A stretch of 56,640 nucleotides of DNA, filler included, from Basidiobolus ranarum (lineage: Eukaryota): assembly GCA_040143965.1 (NCBI GenBank). It is 5 parts of 5 records of this genome, joined end to end, with 100 filler letters (N's around TTAATTAATTAA, not from the genome) between each part and the next. Parts side by side here need not be neighbours in the genome. Positions count along the whole stretch, not along the records: positions 11,393 to 22,654 come from JASJQH010000626.1; positions 22,755 to 34,009 come from JASJQH010000627.1; 3 more parts are not named here. One strand, 5' to 3'. This document shows positions 13,253 through 27,230 of this stretch, in pieces. The position numbers and the translations under genes were made by a program. Below the pieces are notes generated by a model. It made no database searches. It had not been told where the DNA came from and saw nothing but the letters and a program-made list of their open reading frames with translations. How positions within the stretch are numbered: the stretch's first letter is position 1; each line of letters starts with the position of its first letter.

Positions 13253-15613
13253 CTATTGAGGTGAAAGGTAGCGGTGAAGTGTATTGATGGGAAGGGATGG
13301 TTTGACAGAAATCCCTTTTTTCTTGGGATTTCTGCTAGCGCTGGTTGTACGTGAAAGACCCACTCGTCTCCTAGTCACCGGAGTGGTAGAGCAAAGATAG
13401 GTTGAAATGGATGACTTCTGCGTATCTGAGAAGGTATAAGCAAACATTGTTTGAAAACTGGCATTACTTGGTGACTTACTTGAGATTGTCTGAGCATACA
13501 TTTTCCCATCAAGGGTTTTGGATACTGGCGGAGTTTTGATATTAGGTTTCTGATTGCGTTAAAGTGTTCAATTTTGGAGGCATTCTATTAGTAACTATAC
13601 GACGTTAATGGTTTACCATAGCCTTCTTACCTCGTTTTCAGAAGCTTTGGGCCCATCCTCCAACTGAGCACTGGTTCGCTTGTTCATAGAATTAGAGAAG
13701 TGGACATTCTCTTTGTCGGTTAGAAATGAGTCCTCGATTGTATCGTTCAACACTCTAACAGAAAACGGATTGAATGGAAGATCGGATGTTACGGAAGACT
13801 CTTTCTGTAAGTCTCTATGGGAGGATTTAGTAGGACACGGGGAATTATAATAAGGGTTGCGGTCTTGGGAGGAGACGCCTGAGGATGTAATGCTTGAAGG
13901 AGCAGGCTCTAGAGGTGAGGCAGGACCTCCCTTGGTTAGAAAACTACTAAGAGATGTTTGTGATGAAAGCAATCTAGGAGGACAAGATTTCGTTGATGTG
14001 ATATTTGGCCGAAAATCACCGAAATGATCAGGTGTTCGCGTGGGAGTCAGTGTCGTGGGAGTTTGAAACAACCTTTTAATTCCGTACTCGGGTGTTTCTT
14101 GCCCAGGTGTACTTACGAATTTGAATGAACTATACTTCGGCTAAAAATGACCTTAATATCACACAGGCGTCAGAAGACATGAAGGTGAAGAACGTACCGT
14201 TGTTACAGGTGTTGGAGTTGGTTCAGAATCGGGCAACGGCATGAGAGTGATCGGGTTAATATCGCCAAAAGCAACACCGGTTGCTATCTCGGGCTCTAGG
14301 TGCCTATGTTATTAGCAGAGTTGACATTTAGCACTGATATATAACTTATGCTAGAATGCTACAAAATCCAACTGACTTTCCAAGAAATGGTAACTCAAAT
14401 GTGCCTAACCCCTCATCTAATGGATCAAGGTGAACCAGAGAGCGAGAGGCAGAGTCAAACACAAGTTGGTGTCTGAATGTCAGCTCGGCTCGTTGAAAAT
14501 CCAGTTCGTAATCTGGTGGGATCTTAAAGGAACTGTCAGCTCTCAAAACCTCGATTACCTACAGGTACTGGTTAGTTTTTAACTAGAACAAAGATGGGGA
14601 CAGTAAAATAACCCACTCTTTCTGCCGTTTTGTATTGGTTCAAATATTTCATAGCTTTCTTGAGCCCCATTCCAGGTATTGATTTTAAATAATCACATCC
14701 TGAGAGAATGCACATTTGTCGGAATTGTTCCAGAGACCATCCAGCAAACAATTGGTCTCCAACCTCACCAAGTCGATCTAGCTGAATCTCTACACCGTTT
14801 CCATACTTATCCAACTTAAACAACACCTATTGACTAGACTGCTGAGTTACATACCTCTCAAGAAACGTTATAACTGTGCTTACCCGTTTGCATCCAAACA
14901 CCAATAAGTCTGAGTCTTCGGTTATGACACTCGACACTTTGTTTTGTTTGAAAAGATACGCTAGTTGAGCATCAGCCTCATATGGAGCAACTACATAGTC
15001 GATATTCTCCCTACGCAAAGCCTAGATAATAAATGAGTCACTCCATAGAACTTCCATACCTATAAGGAATATGCCAAAATTACCTCAATAAACTTTTTGG
15101 CCATCTCAGGGGTAATATCCACACACTTTTGAAAGCATTCGCTTGCCTTCGCATGTTGACCGGATTTCATAAACTCTAGGGCTTTCTTCTTGTTTTCTTT
15201 TCTCGCGCTAGATAGTTCAAACGCTGTCAATGATACTTCGATTTGAATGTGTGAAAGGATACGCTCGACATACCTTTCACGGCTTTCCTCAGTTCCTCCC
15301 TTTGAAGGGAGTGGGCCACCATCAAAAACAACAAACGGTTTAACCTTGTAATGTAGCAGCATTCTTACACGGTGCATGCAGTATTCGACATATCTATAGT
15401 AACGTACGTTATAGTTCATGAAGTAGGTAGGATTTTTAAAGATATTTCTCACTTGTCGGTCTGTTGATTCAAGCATAGCTCCTTTGAGCAAGCAAAAGCC
15501 CCTTTGTGTAACCAAACGTACGCATCTATAGCGACCGTTTCCCCTTTGTACGAAGAAATGTGGACTTGACTATGGATGGGCTTCAACAAAGGTAGTAAGC
15601 CTGAAATACCCAT
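13253..15613 (-). CDS. EXO1: Exonuclease 1 (XPG/Rad2 family), ~615 aa, 9 exons
   Basis: Exons 15613-15453, 15393-15274, 15207-15084, 15021-14884, 14826-14617, 14558-14377, 14303-14198, 14140-13631 and 13549-13253 join in frame. Motifs [49 protein letters not shown] and FRHQLVFD. Confidence 0.95.
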
Positions 15614-18324
15614 CTTCGGATTACTAGCGAGCAAAAGCTTGGAAAGATAATATAGAAACTTCGGTAGGTAGCAATACTTTGTTGTTTATGTTCGTATTGT
15701 TTTTATATTTCGGTTCATTGAAGGTAACAATTGTTTTGTTGAATAGTCTGCTATAAAAATGTTTGAACCAATCTCCGATGAAAACATTGAGTAGTCACTT
15801 TTTTGCACGAACAAAGTGTTCTTTTTTTGGATTCCATTATAATGAATGATTTGATATTGAATTCGGAATATAGTGATGATTTTATTAACATAATAAGCAT
15901 AGTTCAGCGATCGAAACCTCTTTTTTTTCAAGTTGACCCAGAGATCACCTGAATATCCTATCCCAATCGGCAAACCCTCGTCTTGATGAACTAAGCATAC
16001 CCTGCTTGACGTCGGAGTAAGCAGCGTTTCATATTCACTTAATGGGGTGATGGCTTCACGCCTGTCTTTGCTGGTGCTTCTCTTTGACTATACCCATACC
16101 CCTGTTGCTAGAGAACATCTCTTCCTATTCACGGAATACAAGCTGGGCAAGGAGAGAATGAGCGATCGTCAGATGGTTCCCTTTGATCTGGCCTAATATG
16201 ATTAGTCACACTTGATGTTTTGCCGTACAGATAGTCGGTTATTTATACCCATACTTGCTTTTCATGGGTTATATATCTTGATTTCCACATCACTCTTTGT
16301 CTCAAAGGATTGCGGAGTAAATCACCACCTATGAAAAAGACCGAATTGTAGATTCAAATTCGCAAATATCCCGAAGGATTAAATCAGCTTATGTGCCAAG
16401 AGCTAGTGGATGATTGACTCGGAAAACACATACATGGGTAGATTAATCCTTGCAATGATTGCTAAATAGAATTTACATACTCCACATATAATTGCGAGAT
16501 GCACGACGATCTAGTGGGCTTTTAAGTTGGGAGGGTTCGTGCTAATCACTCATAGCACTGGGTCAATCGAATTAGCAACAATCTTTCCAGTGATAGTACA
16601 TAAGCCTCCAAAAAAAGAGTGCAATGCGTCAGCAGTAATATCTAAGTTTTATGTATTCAACAGGAGTCGCTATTCTCCACAGATAATCACACTAACGTTG
16701 ATGGCATCAAGAGTATTTGGATGAGAATCACAGTAGGAATTATTAAGATAAAAAGTGCATCCAAGCGAATCTACAGACTGTAGTTTCAGTAACAAAGCAA
16801 TAGCGCATCGTATTGAAGTAATAAACGCCACCAAAATCATTCTCAAGCGCACTTGAATGGAGAAATAGATCAAGGGAAAACCAGCTAGGTACAAACAAAA
16901 GTGAAGGACCAACCGAGCCAATGAGGTGGCCGTCTCATCAAGCAAATACGATCTTAAAATATTGAATATTCTCTTAAGATGGCATGCCAAACGGGATCTT
17001 GTAATCGTTCCGTTGTGTTTACCTCTACTAGCATCCTTGGTGGTATCTATGACAACATTACCCACATGATTGGAACATATGATAGACGGTAATGAACCAA
17101 AAAGAGTTTCTAATAACCGGTCGGTATAATAAAGTATCTTATTCGCTTTCCAATTCTAGTAAACGTTTCCCGAGCCAAACATGTATTTATCTGGCTCCAA
17201 TTTTCCTAGCCATCCTCACCAGATAAGGGGACTGCTGATAAGAGTGTGTTTGAGATATCTATTAATCTAGGTTGGAATTTGGCAGAGAAGTATTAGGCAC
17301 TATCCAGAGCTACGTAACTGTACATATTGGTGAGTATGGGAATAAAGAGATGGTTGATGTTTCATTTCTCCTAATCACTGCCATAACAACAGAACGTGGT
17401 TACCTGAGTATTCAGACTGTGTGGCGTAGATCATTCGTGTTTTCCGTTATTGTAGCTGGAGCAACTCGAGAAATGCAGGAGCTATCCGTATTTAATGCAT
17501 TCTTTAGGCTAAAGAAGCGTTCAGAAACTCCATATATGTTCATGTAAACTTCAATCTTGTGTTTTTATTGGTGGTGCAAATGATGTTGACAAAACGGAGT
17601 TCAAAGTATCAAAGCAGTTTCATTCTAACTTCTCCTTTGTTGTTAACATTCTGACTCAGCTGGGCTGGATATACCACCAATATATCCGCCATTAGGATAT
17701 GATCACAGGCTCGAAACTCGCGCAGTAAATCTTGTATTTGATGAGCTGAGTTCATGCTAGATTACATCAAAATGAGTCCTATGGATTGAGACGTCACATG
17801 TAGACCAATAGTCATCAGAAAGAAGCTAATACCAAGTTCCACGGAGGTGATACAGCTCATATTTACTAATATGACAACTAATAAGATACCATCAACCAAA
17901 TGGATGCCGAATTCAATGGTATATTTCCATTGTTGTGGTAGTAAACTATAGTGATCACGCTTGGTAAAAGGTCATAGGAAAAGGTCATGTGTAATTCCAA
18001 ATTTTGCTCAATATTTCACACTCCCTATGATGAGAGGGGGTTAAATTAATGCATATTGGATTGAGAAGAGTTTTGTGGCTGACTGCGAACACTAGGGATC
18101 AGGAGGTGGCCAGTTCATAGGTTTCGTTTTAGAGATGCAGAGGTGATAGATTTCCTTTTATATAGATCCGATAATTATTTAGTCCCCATTACAACCTTCA
18201 TTTGCCTTTATTTGACTCTTAGCTTTTCTATCACTACCCGTCAGTTACTTGTAAATCGTTAAACCTCGTCTTTTTATACATATAGCTTCTTCTTTTCACC
18301 TTTTACCTTTTCTCGTATACGAGT

Positions 18325-19996
18325 ATGGCCAAAGGAACCGTTATCTATACTACAGTCCCCAATTCCTCAAGCGAGGAAGAGCGAGAGGAATTGCTTGAGA
18401 ATCGCGGTCGTCCAATGCGAAGAAACCCTCTGCTTTACCTGATGCTTGCCGTTGCCTCTAGTATTCTTATAGGTTCCTCCGTATTTCTACACTCACACTT
18501 TAAAGGTAGACTTGAATTACTGTTTCCCGGTTCTAGTGAACTAAGTTACTAAATTCCATTTTCCAGTCAAACCAAAGCGCAACGTTATTATGATGATATC
18601 TGATGGATTTGGCCCGGCTTCTGAGACATACTCGCGCCTTTATTATCAATGGGCTAATAACCTTCCCGTTGGATATCAAACTCCTCTAGATAGTATCCTT
18701 GTTGGTGCATCCAGAACTCGATCAAACTCCAGTATGATCACTGACTCTGCAGCCGGAGCTACTGCTATTTCGTGTGCTTTGAAAACTTTTAATAATGCAG
18801 TTGGTGTTGATGCGTTAGAGGAACCTTGCGGTACACTTCTAGAGGCTGCCAAACAAAATGGAATGCTTACTGGACTAGTTGTCACTAGTCGCATTACTCA
18901 CGCCACACCCGCATCTTTCTCTTCTCACGTTGTTCATCGTAATCTTGAATACCTTATTGCTGAGCATCAAATCGGCAACTATGTATTAGGCCCTAGTGTT
19001 GATTTGATGTTTGGAGGAGGAAGATGCTTTTTCTTACCAAATATCACTGCAGGTAGCTGCAGACCAGATGCTAAGGATTTGGTTAATGAAGCTCAACATC
19101 GTGGTTTCAAATATATCGAATCCAGAAAGCAATTTGACGACCTGAAGGAGAATCCTTCGCTACCTTTAATGGGTCTCTTTGCACTTGATCACATGGCTTA
19201 CGATATTGATCGTGACCCCAAAACTCAACCTTCTCTTAGCGAGATGACTCAAAAGGCACTCAACGTACTAAAGAAAGCAACCGAAAAAAACGAGAAAGGA
19301 TTCTTCATGATGGTTGAAGGTAGTCGTATCGATATGGGTGCTCATAACAACGATCCAATTGGTCATCTTCATGACATTCTCGCATATCAAGACACCATTG
19401 CTACCGTAAAGAAGTTTGTGGATGCAAACCCTGATACCGTGATGATATCTGTCAGTGATCACGAGACTGGAGGGTTTACAGTAGGCCGTCAGGTGACCAC
19501 AACATATCCTGAATATATTTGGTATCCCGAAGTAATCGCCAAATGTAAGAGCTCTACTTCAGCTCTGGGTAAACTCATTGCTGACTACAAAGGAGAGGGT
19601 AAAGAGGAATTTATCATCAACATTCTTAAGGAGAAACTGAGTATTGTTGATCCAACTAAGGAGGATATTGAATACTTAGTAGCAGAGAACAGCCCGTACG
19701 ACTATGCCTATCGTTTATCTAATATGGTCAGTATACGTGCGCAATTGGGATGGACTACTCATGGACATACTGGAGTAGACGTGAATCTATACGCTTATGG
19801 CTCTCACTCTCAGGAGCTCGCGGGTAATCGTGAAAATACGGAGATAGGTGAATTTATTCAGAACTTCTTGAACTTGGACTTGGATTCCATTACTGCGAAC
19901 TTGCAAAAGACACCCCCTCAAATTCGTGCCGACATGCAGATGATGAAGAAGCTCGATGAAAGACCACTGGATATTCATGAAGATTATATCTTGTAG
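18325..19996 (+). CDS. PHO8: Vacuolar-type alkaline phosphatase with an N-terminal transmembrane anchor, ~536 aa
   Basis: Exons 18325-18505 and 18567-19996. Motifs NVIMMISDGFG, TDSAAGAT (catalytic Ser), THATPA, VEGSRIDMGAH, SDHETGG and GHTGVDV. Confidence 0.95.
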
Positions 19997-22654
19997 ATTA
20001 ATTAATATTGAATATTATTATGAATACTTTCATTTGTCATTATTGCATACAAAGCTCCAGTTCAAATCTTTCGCTATACCGAGTTCCTAGACGAACGCCA
20101 GTTTTAGCAATACTGAGTTAGTGTTCCTCTGTGATTGTTCTAGTACTCAGAAAAGATCTTGATTTAATATATGAAGCAAGTAAACTGATATAAAGCCTAT
20201 ACGCAGTTATTTATCATTTGTCTTCAGCGATCCACGCGACTCATTAGGCAAATGCTCAGTATTTCAGTTTGCAGGAAGGGCTGGTGAATGAAGAGAACTA
20301 AACGTCATTGCTACATAATCATACACATGCAATGATGATTTAGCAGCGGAAGGCATCAGTGGTAATTACTAAAAGAGACGCTCTTCCTTGTTTGTTTGTA
20401 GCATATTGGACTAGCAAGATCAACCTGGATTCAAGTAGGGCCCACATGTAAGGATCTCAAGTATCCGAAGTATATCACCAATTGACCTGTGTTCTAGTGT
20501 GCAGGCCTAGGATTGGGTAACTTGCGAAAGATACAACTAATATTACTAAAAGTAGATCATATTCTGTGTCCTAAATGTAATACATTATGATACAGTATAC
20601 GACTGCTTGAAACTTTGCATTTAAATGAACGAGGGGCAATAAGATCCGTCACGAGAACAGAATAGAATAGTTGATCTGCATAAATGAATATCTCTTGCAA
20701 GTTGTTTTTCGTGGTGCAGTACCTTTAATTACCTGCATGTATCCTCATAATTACAGCATGCAAGTATCCTAGGCTTAGTCAAGGTTTGGCATTTTGCCAT
20801 GAAAGATGATTGCGACGATATTCAATTTAGGTGACGATTCTTGAACTCTCTCCCCACATCTGTACTTTTATGGCTGATCTTGTGAATATGTGCACCACAC
20901 GAAAACCCACCACTTGGCCCAGGATTTAAGCATAAGCTGCGTATCCACCGATGCTATTCGATATATCCAACCTTATAGTCATAGCTTGAATACAGTAGGT
21001 GCGTTCTGCATCATAGCTGCCCCTATGTGGGGATTCCAAATTGATGTCCAAGTAGATGATGATTAGCCCCTAACTCATAATACCAAGAAGGATTACTATT
21101 GGTTGTGGACAACACTCTTCCGTCTTTTCCTGGTGCAAATGCATCTCTTTTTATTCTCTACCCCATTAAATTCTGTAAGTCTTGAAAGCTAATGCGTGGA
21201 AATCAATTCGGATTTGCCCACGAAAGCGCTAATTAAAGATTGCATTGCCATACTATAGTGTAGGGGCTGGTATGATGATAATGATACGCCATCTTGATAG
21301 TATCCTCATAGCGATCAGTGGGCTCATCCGCTCTCGATATTTGGTCAAAGTTACCAGTAGCGGTGGAAACTTATCATCTGGTGGAGCATTTGCAATCAAT
21401 TAACAAAGTCAATAAAAATTATGATACAGTCACTGAACAATTGAATCTCTTGCTCTTGACTTAAACATGGATGATGTGCAGTCAATCTTCATCTATGATC
21501 AGATGTAGGTTGCATTCCTAGGTGGAACTTCTTTCCACATCGTGAGAAGTGATAAAGAATCAAATTCACTTTGACGTCACAGCTTCATAGGTGAAAGCAC
21601 ACTCTCCAGTGTGGGTGAGCAGAAACTCGCGTCAATACTATATAGATCCCTGCCTGCTGACTATTCTTTGCTGTGTAGTACTGCGCTTGGAATGTGATGG
21701 ACGGGAATTTTGCTGTCTGCACCTATTCTTCACTAGGGAAAGAAATCTCCAGTGAGGGGATTGGGGGTATTGAAAAGACGCGCCTACGCTTAAGGCCGAT
21801 CTCGAGCTGTATGCAATCCCCACGACGTACTCCATTGTTTACTATTGGAAGTGAAATTATTGAGAAGCACGACCGGAATCATTGTCGACTCTACAGATAC
21901 TCGCTTCGTTTTACTATCATGCCTCGAGAGTTCCTATGGATTGTTCCACTCACCATCTGACTTGCCGAAGCTTACTAGTAATCTCACTCACTAGGAATGA
22001 TTCAATTGCTTATGCTAATATCAACCTGAGATGCACTACAGGCTTGAGTAAAATGCCGTGCACTATTTGATCCCAGCTTCTAATGTGAATATCCGAGAGT
22101 TAGCCGAGTGGAGATCAGCAAAGTCAACATGTGAGATCTCTATCAATCAGGTATAATAGAATTCAGTGATCAAACTGTATATAATCCGCCCGTGTCCCTT
22201 TCTTCTTGACCAAATTCAGTTTTAGTGATTACGTTTTTGAATAGATATCTCCTCTTTTCTTCAACTCAATATACTTCGCCATACACGGAAACAAGCTCAT
22301 TTGACAGTTTCAATTTAGCCACTACCTTTAAACATTCCTGTTTGACGCTCTGGCTGAATATTTATATTGTTAAGCTTATATCATTAGACAATCCCGATTG
22401 GCCTTTATCCGCTATTAGACCACCACAAGTCTCTATCTTTCTCTGATTCTTTGTGTATCTAAAGATGTTTACCACTCAATTCACCTTCAAGACATCCCCA
22501 TATCTTTCCCACTTGACTGGAAGTCACACTTCAATTTCTGACTTTGTTACACAGATGGTAAATCAGATGTGGAGCTGGAGATTAGCTGGCAGTCAAATAT
22601 CTACCCCAAGTCCAGTGTTTCGTAACTTTTGCAAGAATACCATAGCTCGCAGTG

Positions 22655-22754
22655 NNNNNNNNNNNNNNNNNNNNNNNNNNNNNNNNNNNNNNNNNNNNTT
22701 AATTAATTAANNNNNNNNNNNNNNNNNNNNNNNNNNNNNNNNNNNNNNNNNNNN
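22655..22754. other. Artificial contig linker
   Basis: 44 N + TTAATTAATTAA + 44 N. Confidence 0.98.
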
Positions 22755-22755
22755 A

Positions 22756-23070
22756 CTAGGTAGAGCTACTTGGACTTTTCTTCACACAATGGCCGCTTAT
22801 TATCCCGATCAGCCAGATAACGAGCAAAAAGCAAATATGAAGACATTAATCAAAGGTTTTTCAAAGTTTTACCCTTGTGGATATTGTGCTACTCACTTAC
22901 AGGAAGAGCTCAAGAAGAATGAACCTAAGGTGGATAATAGAAGTGCTCTGTCCAAATGGATGTGTGATATTCATAATGAAGTCAATGAACGTTTAGGAAA
23001 GCCCTTGTTTGATTGCAGTAAGACTGACGAACGTTGGCGAGACGGGCCCAAAGACGGCTCTTGTGACTGA
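22756..23070 (+). CDS. ERV1: Erv1/ALR FAD-linked sulfhydryl oxidase, 5'-truncated by the contig edge
   Basis: LGRATWTFLHTMAAYYP...YPCGYCA...WMCDIHNEVNERLGKPLFDC...ERWRDG..GSCD: redox CxxC plus CX16C and an ALR-type C-terminus. Confidence 0.93.
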   Translation, partial: LGRATWTFLHTMAAYYPDQPDNEQKANMKTLIKGFSKFYPCGYCATHLQEELKKNEPKVDNRSALSKWMCDIHNEVNERLGKPLFDCSKTDERWRDGPKDGSCD

Positions 23071-23365
23071 ATATATAATAAACCATTCTTGAAGAATTAG
23101 AGCCTAGACTCTTTAGACAAAAAGTTACAATGTTTAACATATCTAATATACTCGTCAACTAAAAGTATGTGCGAATAAATTCATCCTAAACACAATCACC
23201 ATACGCATAATTGTTTAAAGAGTTTATATTATGTGTGCATCCAAGCAAAATCAAGTTTACATTTATCCAATCCAATTCACATCATTGCCTAATGGGAGCT
23301 GAGTCAAATTTATATTAGTTAATACGTGTTGGTTGACAGCTCTCGGTACTCAGCGTTTATCGGAA

Positions 23366-26095
23366 ATGGCTTCCAAGGTGATAGCAGAAATCCAACGGTC
23401 TTTTAAAACGAACTATTTTTCGACCACGAAAAAAGGTTAGAGCCCACTTTATAGATGCACTATTCATGGAGCATCCTTTCTTTAAACGGAACATCATCTT
23501 CATCGTTGTTAAACACTATATTATTTTGTGTTTCAATGGTTGAACTTCGACGTTATCCACTTGTTGTTGAATTATAATTAAACAAATCAACCTTATTATT
23601 GTATTCTTTAGGTGAAACCTACGAATTGCGCGCTGATCTCAATAGTGAATATAGAGAAGCTAGAAAAGATGCAGTCAAAAGAGTGATTGCCAATATGACA
23701 GTTGGTAAAGACGTCAGTGGTTTATTCCCAGATGTCATCAAAAACATGCAAACCGAGGATATTGAACTCAAGAAGCTAGTTTACTTGTACTTGATGAACT
23801 ATGCCAAAACCCAGCCAGAGCTCGTAATTTTGGCTGTAAACACTTTTGTTAAGGTATCTCATGTTTGTAAAACTTTCCTCCAAGTAACCTGTTCCAATGA
23901 CATGATTCTTATAACTTAACAGGATGCCGAAGATCACAATCCTTTGATTAGATCTCTTGCTATTAGAACAATGGGGTGTGTCCGTGTTGATAAAATTACT
24001 GACTATCTATGTGAACCTCTTAGAAAGTGTCTAAAAGTATGCTATCCGAGAACTCCACACCTTCTCATTGTGCTTGTCTAAACTAAACTCTCTCTACGAC
24101 TAGGATGATAACCCGTACGTTCGTAAAACTGCGGTTATTGCTGTAGCTAAATTGTATGATCTTAACCCAGAGCTCGCAGTAGAGAATGGGTTTGTGTCGA
24201 TGCTACATGATCTGGTTTCCGACTCCAACCCTATGGTAAATCAAGTTTGATGTTACACCTCTGTCTTGTTCTCAGAACTCATAACCATTTATTCTCAAAG
24301 GTCGTTGCCAATTCTTTGACCGCACTTCGAGAGATTAATGAGAACTCTCCTAACAAAGATTTATTCGTTGTTAATACCGAAATTTTGAACAAACTTCTAA
24401 TTGCTTTGAACGAATGCACTGAGTAAGTTTATGGATGTATATTATCCCCTATCGTTCAGTAATATCCCTAATCATTCTTAACAAAAACTAGATGGGGGCA
24501 GATTACCATTATGTCTTGTTTATCTGAACGGAAACCAAAAAGTGCCCAAGAGGCTGAAAACATTTGTGAGCGTGTTCTACCTCGTTTACAACATGCCAAT
24601 GCTAGTGTCGTCTTGGCTGCTGTCAAGGTAATAGTTCATTTCTGATGATGCTCACTGAAGTTCTACAATATGCTGATTTCGGTGATTGTAGGTGTTGTTG
24701 CTACATATGGACCATACTCAAAGTAGAGAATTGCTTCAACTTATTATCAAGAAGTTGGCGCCTCCACTCGGTAATTAGGTGATAAACTTGTTTGCTAGAA
24801 TTTGACGCTAATTTTCTTGAAATATTTAGTCACTCTTTTGTCTTCAGCTCCCGAAGTCCAATATGTTGCTTTACGTAATATCCTCTTAATCTTACAGAAA
24901 AGACCTGAAGTTTTATCGAAAGAAATTCGAGTTTTCTTCTGTAAATACAATGACCCTCCGTACGTCAAGGTGGAGAAACTCAAGCTGATGATTAAATTAG
25001 CTAACGAAACTAACGTCGACCAGCTATTGTCGGAACTTAAAGAGTGAGTTACATTCATAATTTATTTGCTCTTAAGTACTTTGCCCCTTACGAAATGTTC
25101 CTTAGATATGCCAATGAGGTGGACGTTGATTTCGTCAGAAAAGCCATCAGGGCAATCGGATCTTGTGCGGTCAGAATCGAGGTTGCTACTGAGCGATGCA
25201 TTAACGTTTTATTGGATCTCATAAACACTAAAGTCAATTATGTGGGTCAGGAGGCTGTCATTGTTATGAGAGTACGTTGTCAATGTTTATTTCTGCTATA
25301 CGATATAGAAGTTGCATTGAGTTAACACTTGAGCCTATAGGATGTTTTCAGAAAATACCCTCATCAATATGAAGGAGTTATCCCTACTCTTTGCGAAAAC
25401 CTGGAAGCTATCGATGAGCCTGAAGCCAAAGCCTCGCTCATTTGGATTATCGGAGAGTATGCTCACAGAATTACTAATGCTGTAGAGTTGCTTGAGAACT
25501 TCCTAGAACAATTCGATGACGAGAGCAACCAGGTATGTTTAACTTGCTGGATATGTAAACACGATTCTTCCTAAACTGCTTGGATGAACCCAGGTGCAAC
25601 TTCAACTTCTTACCGCAGTCGTCAAACTCTTCCTCAAAAAGCCAACTGAATGCCAAGACCTTGTTCTTAAAACACTTCAAACCACTACACAGACGTGCGA
25701 CAACCCCGACATTAGAGATAGGGCCTATATTTACTGGCGTTTACTTTCTACGGATCCTCAAGCAGCCAATGTAATTATAATCGAGCATCATGTTTAAATT
25801 GAGTATTTTCTAATATTGAAATACAATTCATTAGGCCATCGTGTTATCAGAAAAGCCACCGATTTCTGAAGATTCCCAGGATCTATCTGAAAGCTTGTTG
25901 AATGAACTTATCTTCAATATCTCGACCATTGCTTCAGTTTATCATAAGCCCGCACACGTATTTTTGAGTGATGCCGAGGTTGGGGTGCAGGAGGTTCAAA
26001 GTTTAGGTGATAATGGTGAAAGATTTATGCCAGAGCCCACTGTTCCTGTTGAAACCGTTCCCGAGCCTACCAATGATCTTCTTATTGAGTTTTAA
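23366..26095 (+). CDS. AP-1/AP-2 complex beta subunit (beta-adaptin), ~634 aa, trunk only
   Basis: Twelve exons join in frame: 23366-23435, 23612-23853, 23923-24036, 24104-24235, 24301-24422, 24492-24627, 24692-24770, 24830-25043, 25106-25271, 25341-25532, 25594-25770, 25835-26095. Motifs [40 protein letters not shown] and [16 protein letters not shown]. Confidence 0.95.
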
Positions 26096-27230
26096 GTAAC
26101 CGCAAATCCATTCCATTTCGAACCATTATTTTCCTAGAATTCCACCTCGATTCATTACTAGCTACTTGATCTTTAGATTTAAATATGATAACGTTAGCTA
26201 GTTGATGCGAAGCTTTTCTATAGAGTTAACGAACTTGAAAAGGAAAGAGTTTAGTTACCTACATATTTTTGAGTCAATCTAGAACTAGTCTATAAACAAC
26301 TGTAGGTCAATTTACCCTATAAATTTCATGACTTTCTTGCAAATTGTACAGTGATTTTTCATCTATTTTCACATTCATCGTTGCTGGTTTTCTATACCAC
26401 AACAACGTCTGTGATCGAAACCACTCCTCAGGCCCTGACACAGGCGACCGGGTTTGGAGCAAGGGGAAGGTTAATCTTTATTAATTGGATCAAGGTGATA
26501 CAACACTCTAGTCAGCTAGCTGTATTCCATTCCATACACTCGACTATTTCGATATCGAGACATAAAAGAATCGGTGCGTTGTAATACGTATAGTGAATGT
26601 GTTTGTGAAAGGAGAAACACATCCCCCTAACTGATTACAGTTGAACAGGATGCACAAATATAACTTTGAACTGCGGCGCGAGATAATCACGAAGGAAAAT
26701 GCTTAAATCTCTGGTACCCAGAATTCAAGTGAAATGAGTATTTTCAACGGTCTAGATGGAACTTATACCTGGAATAGAGTGCCAGATAGGAATGTACATC
26801 ACGTATCGTACCATCGTGCATGATATCTGTAGATAGACTGAATATTACATCACGAATTGCAACTACAATACAATGTAGCTATAGTAAAAACGTACTTGGA
26901 TTTTATTTAGTATGCCATCTACACATGCAAAAAGAACTATTGAGTAACAACGATTCGATGCCCGTAATAATACCTGATTGAATGAAATGGATCCATTTTG
27001 ACGAAGCGGATTTACAACGCGAACCCAATTTTGGAAATTTGTCCCACTTTTTCATTTAAGCTTTCAAGGCAAAATCTCCAGAATCGGGATTAAGATGAAT
27101 TTTCGGGTTCGATTCTGGTGAAAATTACTTCTCATCATTAACATTCAAATATTACATACACATATCCTGTAGAGGGAAACGAGAGTAAAGACAACCAAAA
27201 GTCCGAAAAGGAAGAGTGATGAATTAACAT

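Noticed and set aside
16670-17065. 131-aa minus-strand ORF between EXO1 and PHO8
   Set aside because: Non-ATG start, no family motif and no supporting splice structure.
26597-26652. GTGTTTGTGAAAGGAGA...CCCC...ACAGGATG, loosely like the U6atac 5' end, with two small hairpins
   Set aside because: It lacks the GGTTAGC segment with the catalytic AGC triad and a poly-T end. An Infernal search with the U6atac model would settle it; treated as chance.
27078-27118. Inverted repeat containing GGTTCGATTC (tRNA T-loop/B-box-like)
   Set aside because: No cloverleaf, A box or acceptor stem; a single imperfect hairpin.
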